This document shows positions 12,628 through 24,469 of a DNA stretch of 64,000 bases, one piece after another. The first letter of the stretch is position 1; each line of letters opens with the position of its first letter. The stretch comes from Octopus sinensis (taxonomy: Eukaryota): assembly GCF_006345805.1 (NCBI RefSeq), contig NW_021835477.1:1-64000 (forward strand), in the 5' to 3' direction. Position numbers and translations under genes: made by a program. A model generated the notes under the pieces. The model worked only from the letters and a program-made list of their open reading frames with translations. It was not told the origin of the DNA and did not search any database.

Positions 12628-12720
12628 TAATTGGCTGATGAGTACTCAGCATCTTAAATCTGTTGTAATACTCACAACATTTAATAAAATGATGTAGTAC
12701 GAAATGATTGTACCAAATTA
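12628..12720 (+). ncRNA. Type-I hammerhead ribozyme motif with long helix II (Penelope pLTR-like context)
   Basis: ttgg-CTGATGA-gtact...agtac-GAAA-tgattg-T-A-ccaa; helix II extended by gcatc/gatgt and tgttgt/acaaca. Confidence 0.7.
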
Positions 12721-12839
12721 CCGGAGTCATTCTTGTTGCTTATTTTGTGTATATATATATATATATAATACAGAGGATTCACAATCTGGACTAGGGTTTG
12801 AAAGTTTACCACACCACAGTGGGTTACACCATGGGTCCT

Positions 12840-13040
12840 TTGCTTTGTGGCAGAAGTAGGAAGAAAGAGTGAGAGAAAGTTGTGGTGAAAGAGTACAGCG
12901 GGGTTCACCTCAACCCCGCTGGAGCCTTGTGGAGCTTAGGTGTTTTGCCCAGTAACCACTCACAATGGCTGGTCTGGGAATCGAAACCGCGTTCTTTCGA
13001 CCGCGAGTCCGCTGCCCTAACCATTGGGCCATTGCGCCTC
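12840..13040 (-). mobile_element. SINE family C 5' part
   Basis: Minus head ggcgcaatggcccaatggttagggcagcggactcgcgg...ggtttcgattcccaga matches the 24781 copy. Confidence 0.8.
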
Positions 13041-13392
13041 CACTACTGTTGTCGATTGTACAAACTTTAAAATATTTGACTCGTTAAATTTCTTTCTCTT
13101 AAATTCTTACAGAAGTCGTTTGTGTTGTTGTTTTTGACCATGTTGTTCTTGTTCTTGTTCTTATTGTTGCTTCTGTTTATTAGTATTGTTATTGTTATTG
13201 TCGTCGTCGTCGTTGTTTTTGTTGTTCTTGTTGTTGTCACTGTTGTACAATAATCGAATCAGTAACAGTAACATTATAGTTGATGCAGTCAAACAGTGAT
13301 GAATGACTTCACGTTTCAGATATTTTCGCTGTTTAGAAGAATATCGATTATGTGTGTGTGTGTGTGTGTATGTCTGGACACACACACACACG

Positions 13393-13442
<50 letters not shown>

Positions 13443-13852
13443 ATATGTCTGGACACACACACACACGTTTATTATATATATATATATATATAAACGTGTG
13501 TGTGTGTGTCCAGACATATACACACACAAAGACACACACACACATATATATATATACACGCATATACATAGATCTTGTCTATGTTGTGGCACAAAAATAG
13601 CAAAATGTTAATCTCGCATAAATTAACATAACATATATGTATGCGCATGTATGCATATGTAAACATATATATATATACACACACACAGAGTGTGGTATAT
13701 TTGTGTGTAGATGGGCGTCCACCTTTGTGAGACCAATGTGTCAAGTGGGTCTCGCCTTTCAGATAAAGAGACGTAAGAGCAACAGACAGAAACTGAGTCA
13801 ATGTTCTTAATCACCTTTGCATAAGCGTTTGTTAAACGATTAACAAGTGCAC

Positions 13853-13900
<48 letters not shown>

Positions 13901-14468
13901 TATATACATATATATATAAGCAAACACATATGTTTACATATATGTAGATATACGTGTAAGGTTGGCAGCTTCTACACGCGACAACATGGAAGCGATCACG
14001 CACACACGCTCTCACCTATTTAGACTTATATACACTTATACACACATGCGCACACACTCTCACTTTCTCTGTCTCTGTCTCTCTCTGTCTGTCTCTGTCT
14101 CTCTCTCTCTCTTTCACATACACACACATACACACAGAGATGGAGAAATAGAAATTTTCACACTTGCTGTCCAGTAAAACAATGTATAGATGAACGCATG
14201 CGTGAAAAGGAATTTCGATGTCACGTGTCTGACACATGCCAACGAATGAAGTATGAGAGGTGTGCATTCCAACACGGTTTATATATGTGTGCGCGCGTAT
14301 GTTTGTGTGTGTGAGTGTGTGTGAGTGTTTGTGTGTGTGTGTGTGCGTGTGTGCGTGTGTGTGTGTGGGTATGTGGGTATGTGTGTGCGCGTGTGTGTGT
14401 GAGTGTGTGTGAGTGAGTGTGTGTATGAGTGTGTGCGTATGTGTGTGTGTGTGAGTGTATGTATGAGT

Positions 14469-14506
<38 letters not shown>

Positions 14507-15986
14507 TTGTGTAAACAAACTTAGAAGTGCCGAGTGAGTAGGTATTTTGCTGAAAATAAAGTAAACCTCGAACGCAGCTTCGCTGTGAAAACAGCTTAAA
14601 AATTGGGTAAATACTCCCGGGAGACTGGGAAAAGTTACCAGGGTACGGCTAGCATGTACACACCACCCGACCGACATACACCCACAGAACCGTAAATAAA
14701 GGAAACTTATTCCAGAAACATTAATTTTTCGGACATTCACACGTTTACGCCGCATACATATTGATACGAGCTTAATTATGTAAATATTTTTGTATGCACG
14801 TGTGTGTGTGTATATATATATATGAGTGTGTGAGAGAGATAGAGAGAGAGTGTGTGTGTGAGAGAAGGAGAGGGAGAGAGAGGTAGAGAGAGGTAGAGAG
14901 AGAGAGAGTGTGTGTGTGTGTGTGAGAGAGGGAGATAGATAGATAGATAGAGAGTGTGTGTATGCGTGAGGGAGAGGGAGAGAAAGAGAGAGAAACTAGA
15001 TAAAGGAACATACGGGAAAATCGTACAAAAGAGATAGAGATGCTCACCCCTCGTTAGTTATCGTCCCAAAATCATCGCAATTTCGAGCCTTTACCGATAA
15101 GATTACTCATTTCGATGGCGTCGACATGAAAAAGGCGGTTGAACGAACATAGAGGACGGTGACGAAAGAACAAATAGAAACGATAAACGAAGACGAAATA
15201 AGAGAAGACATAACGGAAAAGAACGCAGGTAGTTAGTACACATAGAAATATATGCAAACAAAGGCCTTTCGGCCATGGGACAACATTGAGGTGAGACATA
15301 TGTACAAGTAGCTCTAACGGAAAATGATGTCCAATAAGACTTCGAAAGGAAAGTAGAGATAAAAAGAAAGATGGAGGGAGAGCGAAAGAAAGAGAGAGAG
15401 ACATCGTACCAGATATTAGTCACTGTTAGAACTACTATATATATATATATATACTGGTATGGATGTATATAGACAAACACATCTCTCTCTCTCATCTGTT
15501 ACGTCTGCTATACGCACGCATTTTGCATCTACTCTTACACACTGCAAGGATGAGATAAACAGATAAACGGAACAGTGAAATGCAATTCCATGTTCCTATT
15601 AAGTTCTAAACGGAAAATATAAGCCAGATTTGATTAAGCATTCGCCATTTTCTATAATGGCGGGAGTAAACAGGAAGCGTTATAATGAGAAAATTGACAG
15701 GAACGAGGCTGAACGAACGATGTGACTATGAATTGTTTGAGAGTGTTAAGCAATCAGAGCAATGTGTATATGCATGTGTATATGGATGGATGGATGACTG
15801 CATGTATGTATGCATGATATTTGAATGTGCGTGTATATATATATATATATATATATAGTCCAAGGAGAGAGAGAAAACAGATTATTATCTCCTAGTCCGG
15901 CCAATACGTATTCAAATTGGGAATACAATCGTATATATACATATATATTTTTATTATATAATCCCAAGGTTGGGCGATCACAATAT

Positions 15987-16032
<46 letters not shown>

Positions 16033-16049
16033 ATATTATTTTCTATTCT

Positions 16050-16145
16050 AGGCACAAGATCCGAAATTTTTGGGGAGGGAGCCAGTCGATTAGATCGACT
16101 CTAGTACGCAACTGGTACTTAATTTATCGACCCCGAAAGGATGAA
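16050..16145 (-). mobile_element. SINE family A 3' fragment
   Basis: gtcgattagatcgactctagtacgcaactggtacttaatttatcgaccccgaaaggatgaaag. Confidence 0.75.
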
Positions 16146-16301
16146 AGTAATGATGTAAAAGTATATATACTCAGCTTATGGATGTGTATGCGTATATATG
16201 CATATGTGTAAGTCTATATGGATATTTGTTCATATTTTTATATATATTAAATTGTACGTGTATCCTGTTTCATGTATTAATATTTTGCGAGTTCTTTATA
16301 A

Positions 16302-16432
16302 TCTCTGACGAGGCCTATGGTTATATATATATACATACCCTATTTTTAAATGCCTACAACCTCAATATAATTGACAACTATAGGCAATAAAAAAAACTAC
16401 TTTTATCCATAGGCTGAAACAGCTGTAAGGAG
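16302..16432 (+). ncRNA. Type-I hammerhead ribozyme motif (Penelope pLTR-like context)
   Basis: tct-CTGACGA-ggcctatgg...ccataggct-GAAA-cagctg-T-A-agg; 9-bp helix II; perfectly palindromic helix III ACAGCTGT. Confidence 0.7.
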
Positions 16433-16621
16433 TGATTTTAATGATTTCAATAATTTATATTATGATTTTTATAATTGTATTCTTATCTTATATGTATTGA
16501 ATTATAATGTATATATGTATGCTATCAAGGTTTTCATTTTTGTTAAATGAATAAATAATTCAACATTCTAATATCCGAAAGCTGATGAACAAACTAAACT
16601 GTTTATCCATTTTCTTATTTG

Positions 16622-16703
<82 letters not shown>

Positions 16704-16844
16704 AAATATGAAGTAGTGGTATACGAAGTTTATATGTATTTTAGCTCTCTCTATATATATATGTATTTTAGCTATATATATATATATATATAATATATAT
16801 ATATATTATATATATATATATATAATTATATATATATATATAAA

Positions 16845-18310
16845 CACAGCTGAAATTGCAACTGCCGCTTGGATAGATGCAGGCTTCATCAGTGAAGGTC
16901 ATAATAAATATAGAAGAATACAAGAAAAAGAATGAAAAGGAGAGAGCTCTCCTGTCTTTTGTTTGACAGAATAATAGATGAAACCAAAGTTAAGGTTGAA
17001 GAAGATGGAACTTCCAGACAATTTCCATGTCCAATCAAAGAAGAGCTTTGAGCCTGGTGGTCAGTCTGTGTTTCATTTTACACCTGAAATTGAAGTGGAA
17101 AGGAAAAAAAAAACATGCAGAGGTAATCGCTGAGAATTCGCTGAGAATATTTTATGCTGGCTCCAAGAGAGAGGGCTTGAAAATTGAGTGCAGGCCATTG
17201 GTGGGGATTCAACAACAGTGAATACTGGCAGGAAGGGAGGTGTAATGAGTTATTAAGGGAAATAAACTTGAAAAGACTTACTTGGATTGTATGTGATTTG
17301 CATACAGGTGAGCTCCCCCTTCGTCACCTCATCCAGGTAATTGATGGTCCTACAAAAAGCAATAATAAGTGGTCGGATATTCTTGGCAACATGTCGGATG
17401 AAGCAACACAACTAGAAACAAATGTAAGCTTTCCAAAGATCGAAGTCGGCCCTCCCATTCCAGTGTTGCCGGAGGAAATTGACCTATGCTTATCACATTG
17501 CTCAAGCAATAAGATCAGGTGAAGTACCTCAGTCTTGGTTCTCTTGGAGATTGGACCTGTCAGTCACAGCCGTTGGTTAGCCGTTCAAGAATCTGAACCT
17601 GGAGATCTCCATTTCCAGCGACTTCGAGGGTCACCTCCCAGTGGTGTCGGGCGTCAACGAAGAGCCCTCGACTACAACAAGACGACCAAAGTTTTTTTTG
17701 TCCAATGTCTGGGGGGTCTCCCGCCCCTAAGCCCTAGACTATCACCTAATCACCCTTACCCGTCTTGTTGCTTAACAACAGCAACAACAACATCAACAAC
17801 AAGCCGTTGGTTAACTACAGCTCTGCGCTTCTGCAAGATTTGGATTTCCAGACACTAATTGAAGGAAAAGGCTCTGAAGAATTTGAGATTAATTGTTGAA
17901 TTTATAGTTGGTGTCTATCTTCCCAACTCGTTTAATATTAAGCTCAATTCAAAATGGGTCGATGGTCCCAATAACCTTTCGTTTCAATTGCAGATTGTAA
18001 GAACACAAAATAAGCTGGTGAAGGATTTCGTTATACCTGTGGTGAGGAGGTCCGCATGGCATGTTCGATCAGAAACAGTTTTGCAAGCAATGCTTTCCAG
18101 CCAATGTTCAAATCTTCGTATCATTCAAAGAATTAGAGGTACACCATTTGAAGATGACCACTTGGTAGACTGCTCATTTAGTCAAAGAAAAGTTACTCAA
18201 GTAAATATCAATGCCACCAATCTGTCTGAGTTGGTTGGTTTGTGTTCTGAGGCCTTGGAACCACCATTGACAACAAATTGGTTAATCCCCATCTGCCTAT
18301 TGCTGGCATT
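16845..18310 (+). pseudogene. DNA transposase pseudogene, hAT-like DDE with CxxH motif
   Basis: Frameshifted segments LSCLLFDRIIDETKV; AIGGDSTTVNTGRKGGV; WIVCDLHTGELPLRHLIQVIDGPT; PVSHSRWL / SRWLTTALRF; NLRLIVEFIVGVYLP...SAWHVRSETVLQAML...EPPLT; multiple stops and frameshifts; exact subgroup uncertain. Confidence 0.8.
17580..17801 (+). mobile_element. 5'-truncated retroposon with (AAC)n tail and 12-bp TSD inside the transposase
   Basis: TSD agccgttggtta at 17568-17579 and 17802-17813 splits the SHSRWLTTA motif; insert ends aacaacagcaacaacaacatcaacaaca. Confidence 0.8.
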
Positions 18311-18730
18311 GCCTTCCCCATTTCGATATTTTCTTAAACTAACCAAACTAATTGCAGATAAATTCTTATTGTTTCCAACCTAGAGTATTTAAATTCTGTT
18401 TAAAAGATTTTCTTTAAAAAATAGACACATAAAATAACTGAGTTATTTCGTATTTCAATATGTCGACAGTTCTTTTTTTTATTTACGACAGTTGTTAAAT
18501 ACCAACAAAATGTTTTTGCTTAAAAAATAATCTATTTAGAAATAATGAGACAAAGTGAAAAGCAAATTTTCTTTTTATAAACCAAAACAAAAATATTTTT
18601 TAATAAATTCTAAATTAGCGATGAAATTATTAAAACAAATTGGTTCGTTGTTAATTTGCCTAATTTGGTGGATGGAGAATATTGCTACTAGTGTGTTCAA
18701 TGGTATGGCACTATTTGGAGACGTAGTGTC

Positions 18731-19075
18731 CATGACCAAGTAACGTCACTCTCAACAGTCTACTTAGCTGTAAGTAGGAACCACAATCTGGTATAGTTCA
18801 CTATAATGTATCCATGACCAACACAACTGTCAACAGCCCAGTCTACCAAGCTGTATGTAGGTACTACAGTGTGGTATAGTTCACTGTACTATGCCCTTGA
18901 CCAACAGACTTAACTGTCAACAGCCCACTCTACTTAACTGCATGTAGGTTTTGGTTCATGGCCAAAATGCTTAACTTTCAACGATTCAGTCTACCAAAGC
19001 TCTTAAATAAATTCCACATGTATTGCACTGCATTGTGTCCATGATCAAGGAAATTAACTGTGAATAGTCTGGTCT
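18731..19075. repeat. Degenerate minisatellite, about 82-bp unit, 4-5 copies
   Basis: Recurrent catgaccaa...aactgtcaacag...gtctac...ggtatagttcact. Confidence 0.7.
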
Positions 19076-20255
19076 ATTCCGCCTTTAAATGGCTTTTGCT
19101 TCTATATGCGCAGCAGCTACGACTCCACCCCTTAACGACAAGTCGTAATACTTTATTCCGGCACCCACCACAGGGTACGACTTCTGGATTGCTTTGATTC
19201 TGTTGCTTCATAAAATCTTGTATAACCGGAGTGATCTGCATATCTCCAAAAGTCTCATCAGCACCGACCACCTGCTAATAGTGTGCTGTGAAGTTGACTA
19301 CGAACCACGATATATATAATTCCACATACTCTGCAGTGTTCTATGAAGAAGATCTCAGCTTAGCATTAGCAAGAGTAGATTTGAATTGTTCTTTGTTCCC
19401 CTACAAGTATGCCCTTGGTGTCTTTAGCTGTATATACATATTTCATTTTCATTCTCTGTCATGCCTGTACATACATATTTAATTTTCATTCTCTGTCACA
19501 CCTGTATGATAGCTTCGAGCAGAAATACATTTGTCTTTGTCACGTAAAGCTACCACATAGTCTTTCTTTCGTCTAAATGTTTCCATGTCTAAATTTTGCT
19601 AATCAGCTGAAAGATTTATGTACAAAAGACGAAACCTGTGTGCCATCCAAAGTCTGTCATTGTTTTCATTTGCAAAGTGTGTGCATGAGTGTGCGTCTGT
19701 ATTTGTAACTGCTGTTGCCAAAAATATCACGAGAATTTTTCATACCGATATCAATAGAAAAGTAATTTTTTCTATAAAAAATATATGTTGTTGTACAATA
19801 TTTTTCTATTTTTTCTGCTTGTTTTCTCAGCAGTCATTTCATTAAATTTTTCATCGAGGGGGCGTTGTTAGCGATATGTCTCTCCATGTACAGAGGCAAA
19901 TAAGAAAGAAAAGTTATTCGTCTAAAAGTAAACCCTATTTTTTTCCTTCTTGTTTTCTGAACCCAGTTTGGGCAGACATCCAAATCCTTCCAAATTCTGT
20001 GTTTGAGAATATATTGAAAATAATTAAATAAATAAATAAAATGAAATAAATAAATATACAAATACTCCATGTTGTTGATGCTGTTGTACGTAATAAAATG
20101 AAGCGCTTTGAAGAGCAACTAGAAAACTCCACTAAACAGATCAACAGCAGATAATAATAATAATAATAATAATAATAATATTGAAAACTAGAATACAACA
20201 TGAAATTCTTTACTTCCATCAGCTATTAGATTAACAAACGCATGCACACACATGC

Positions 20256-20324
<69 letters not shown>

Positions 20325-20453
20325 CATATATATATATACATACATATATATATACACATATATATGCATGTATAAATACATGCATATAATTTGTATATAT
20401 ACATATACGAGTGTGTATACACGTACATACACACACACACACACACGCGCGCA

Positions 20454-20487
<34 letters not shown>

Positions 20488-20659
20488 AACATACACACAC
20501 ACAACACATAGTGTAGCAGATTTTAGTACAGTTTAGTAGCTATTTAACATACGGTCTTTGAAAAAAAATTTATTTATATTTCTTCTTATTTGTTAATTTT
20601 TATTTCAGCAAATGGAACGCTGAAGTATAAAATATTTAAATTCTAGAATATGTCTGCCC

Positions 20660-20700
<41 letters not shown>

Positions 20701-20757
20701 CCCGTTTATGCATAATGTTTCCTCTGAAGTCTGTGTGGTATGAAGTGTGCAGTTATT

Positions 20758-20795
<38 letters not shown>

Positions 20796-21199
20796 TATGT
20801 GTGTGTTCGCGAGTGTATATCTGTGTATCTGTGATCGAAAGTTAGTGTGTGTGCATTCAGACACATATACATATTTATACACACACATACTTATACACAC
20901 ACATATATATATACACATATATTTATACACACATATATACACACCTGAAATTCTTCGTACATACAAACAGCAATATATTTTAACCATACAACATACACAC
21001 ACACACACACACAGAGGCCAATACACACACACACACACCAATACACACATACACACACACACGGATAATGAAAAGTTCGAGTTGACTTAGAGTTCAAAAT
21101 TCGCCTACCAGCTTATATATAATGCCTTTATGCATACATGTGCGTATATATGCATGCATGCATACATATATATGTGCGTTTGTGCGTATACATATTCAC

Positions 21200-21435
21200 A
21201 TATAATTTGTAAGCATATACACACATTTATCTATATACATATGTGTACGTTTGCGTGTATACATATTCATATATAATTTGTAAGCATATATATACATACA
21301 TTTATCTATATACATATGTATGCGTTTGCGTGTATATATATTCATATATAATTTGTAAGCATAAACATACATACATTTATCTATATACATATGTGTGCGT
21401 TTGCGTGTATACTTATTCATATATAATTTGTAAAC
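21200..21435. repeat. About 70-75 bp minisatellite (about 4 copies)
   Basis: Recurrent ataatttgtaagc...tttatctatatacatatg...gtttgcgtgtat. Confidence 0.8.
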
Positions 21436-21760
21436 ACTCGCGCTGACACGCACACACACACACACACACACTCACACACACGCACGCACACACACACACA
21501 CACACACACCACACACACACACACACACACGTACGCACGTATACACAAAGTGCACATGAAATATTCGTGAGTCGATTAGTTATTCTGAAGGCACCTTCGA
21601 CAGAGAAACAAACATTGGGAAACGAAATAAATTGATAGAAATAAGAGGAACGAGGCTAAATTTAGTTTGTTCACATGATTCTAATTTGGAAATGTCAGTG
21701 AAAGCCGCAATCTCCGGAGACCAAACTGTGCTTTTCACCTGAGGATACGTTTTGTCTTAC

Positions 21761-21785
21761 CGATTAGCGTCTTTGCATCCGCCAT
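21761..21785 (-). CDS. Candidate first coding exon of an unidentified gene (MADAKTLI + phase-1 donor)
   Basis: ccaagATGGCGG start context, then G|GTAAGA donor; promoter-like motifs directly upstream; alternative donor AG|GTGAAA at 21739 would give MADAKTLIGKTKRIL; no downstream exon could be identified. Confidence 0.45.
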
Positions 21786-21915
21786 CTTGGCTGAGTATAT
21801 TTAACTTAAAGTAATATTTCCATTGGTGACGTAAGAGTGACGTAACAAACAACTTTTATCGAGTGGGGAAAAGATGGAAACGAGAAAAATATCATATATT
21901 ACGACTTCCTGTTGT
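21786..21915 (-). promoter_or_regulatory. Candidate proximal promoter
   Basis: YY1-type CCGCCATCTT 21779-21788, CCAAT 21826-21822, two TGACGTAA (ATF/CREB-like) at 21827-21834 and 21838-21845, ETS ACTTCCTG 21904-21911; local CpG retention. Confidence 0.5.
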
Positions 21916-21970
21916 TTAAGCGAGCAGAATTATAAATATATATATATATATAATATATATATGTATATGT

Positions 21971-22003
<33 letters not shown>

Positions 22004-22012
22004 TTGGTGTGT

Positions 22013-22078
<66 letters not shown>

Positions 22079-22303
22079 CATATTATATATATATATACAT
22101 ATATATTATATATATGTGTATGTATGTATGTTAATGTATGTATGTATGTGTGTGTGGTATGTATGTATATATAATATATAATATATAATATTTACGCATA
22201 GTTACATGAGAATGAATGCGCATGCATATAGTATATGTGTGTTTGTGTGTCTACATACATGTATATGCATATATGCATGAGTGTTTATATGCAGGTACGT
22301 ACA

Positions 22304-22335
<32 letters not shown>

Positions 22336-22415
22336 CATACATACATATATGTAGGCAGAAATATACACATATCTGTGGCTGTCTATCTAATTCTCTCTCC
22401 CCTTATATATATATT

Positions 22416-22447
<32 letters not shown>

Positions 22448-22739
22448 CATACAAACGCGTCAAAGAATGCTTTTTGAGGCAGGAAAGCAGTCTAACCTAA
22501 TGTTTAGAGCTTTATGTTATGTAAACAAACGCTGAATTAGAAACGGTTTGCGGCATAAATATATCCAGATCTGTGTTCCACACACACACACACACACGCA
22601 CGCACACACACACACAAACACACACACACAATCACACGATGAATGTATGTATACATATGTGTATGTATGCATATGTATAGAGACACACACATACACCCGT
22701 ATAACTATTATATTATTAATAATATTTTGCAATCTTGGG

Positions 22740-22920
22740 ACAAGGCCAGCAATTTTGAGGGGAGGGTGTGAGTCAGTTTCATCGAACCCAGTTGTTTATC
22801 TTATAAAAGATGAAAGGTAAAGTTTACCATGGTGGGATTTGAACTCGCAATGCAAAGGGGCGGAGAAAAGGCTCTTAAGCATTTTAACCGATGCAGTAAC
22901 GATTCTACCAGTTCATCACC
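22740..22920 (-). mobile_element. Degenerate SINE family A-related copy
   Basis: aaagatgaaaggtaaagttt...ggatttgaactc...taacgattctaccagttc. Confidence 0.6.
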
Positions 22921-22949
22921 TCAACAACAACAATAATAATAATAATCTT

Positions 22950-23100
22950 TTCTGGAAGAAATTCAAAAATCGTGCCCATGGGAACTTCCCATACCCTACG
23001 TAAAATATTATCTATGTAATCCCCAAAATATTTTCATCCGTAAACAGTGTCAACATACTTTTAAATGTACATAACAGCAAACACTTTCTGTTGTCATCTT
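22950..23100 (+). mobile_element. 3' end of RLE-type non-LTR retrotransposon
   Basis: Frameshift-corrected translation EEIQKIVPMGTSHTLRKILSM* resembles the C-terminal LQK.VL.GTA.ILRK.L* motif of R4/Dong-like elements. Confidence 0.6.
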
Positions 23101-23934
23101 AACATCAGAATATCATCTTATAATCAAATTACTTTAAAAACAAACTTCTAATTTACTTATGTTTTGACAGACATTCCTCAGAACAATACTCTGTGCAAAA
23201 TATATGGCACCAATATCACAATCCAATATTACAATCCTAAGAAAAGCAGTATTACAAAACCTTAGGATTGCTTCGAGGAATGCGTTTGTATTGGGCGAGT
23301 TTTCCAGCCGATACAAAATAGTCGTATTTCTCTCATCAGAGGTACAAATAAATCGATGAAAATAGTTGAAAAATTAAGAAAGCTTAAAATATCTTCTACT
23401 TACAGAACTTGAAGTCATATTGAGTAATGTTATATTTTTAAAAATATGTTAGAGTATTTTTAAAGAAGGTATTGAAAAAGGCTTTTTGAAGTGGAAAAAG
23501 TTGTTAAGTAAAACATTTGTGCGAATGAAAATGAAATTAAGAATATTTTAAAAAATAAAATGAGAAATAAAATGAAATAAAATGAAGACTCAAATTTCTG
23601 GCTAAATCTGGTTAACCATATAAGACATTTAGATTGCTGATAATTAAAGATAGTAAATAATTAAAATAAGGCGAATCCATATTTGCAAATTGTTAGGGGG
23701 AACAGTCTAAACATTCACGTGATATTTGTGATTTATTATTTATAATGATCTTATATATAAAGGTTAAAGGTTCGAATATGACGCTATGTTCGTGAATTAC
23801 TAAGATACCAAAATGTAAAGAATTTTACGCTTAAATTTTAAGTTGATCAAATCTTACCAAAGAAGAAGAAATTATTATTTCATTAAGGTAAGTCGATGTT
23901 CATAAGATCGGATTCTATCCTTTCTACTTTAAAA

Positions 23935-24365
23935 AAAAACTTATTTGTAGCTAACTATTTATGCCTACATGCTATTATAACGTCCAATATTTTATTAATT
24001 AAGATTTTCTTGTCTGTACGAAGTATACTAATTGCCTCCTTCGTATATAACTTACACTTTCCAGTATACTTTGTATATGAGGTGGTTTCCGTTATAATCG
24101 ACCATTCTAATCTAAATTCCTTATCTCGCATTTTTAGTTTGTTAATACATGTAGCCAGCGCTGTTGCATTTTTCTACCTGGGTTCGAGAATGAGCTGATG
24201 TGTTCTCTATATCTCGTTTTGGAATCCCTGGTACTTCTTATGTATACTTTCCTAGGTTGATTGGCAGTTATGACCTCAGTCTTGTACACAACGTTTTTTA
24301 CTAAGAAAGGAATCCTCTAATAGACATAAATTCCGGTTTCGACAATCGCAGACTTTATTTCGGTT
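23935..24365 (-). mobile_element. Penelope-like retroelement GIY-YIG endonuclease relic
   Basis: CDCRNRNLCLLEDSFLSKNVVYKTEV...KVYIRSTRDSKTRYREHISSFSN...NATALATCINKLK...LEWSII...CKLYTKEAISILR...CRHK; typical Penelope C-terminus with frameshifts. Confidence 0.82.
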
Positions 24366-24469
24366 GCTCATCCCTGTGCGTTCTTAATCTATGTTATCAT
24401 TAATCCTACTCGTACTGGGGTTACCCAAGTTCCCTTTATTTCCACTCTTGAATCTATTGTTCCCTGCGT

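Noticed and set aside
19150-19310. LINE APE endonuclease relic (ISTDHLLIVC)
   Set aside because: A single short motif; the rest is not recognisable.
19850-19866. Fourth CTCF-like site (catcgagggggcgtt)
   Set aside because: The 3' half matches but the 5' half mismatches at three of five positions; isolated.
13085-20625. Strong plus-strand splice acceptors at about 13110, 19830, 19967 and 20608
   Set aside because: Following frames close quickly or lack donors; T-rich tracts ending in AG are common in this composition.
23290-23345. Minus-strand CTGATGA...GAAA hammerhead
   Set aside because: Helix II does not close next to the core and no helix I/III is in register.
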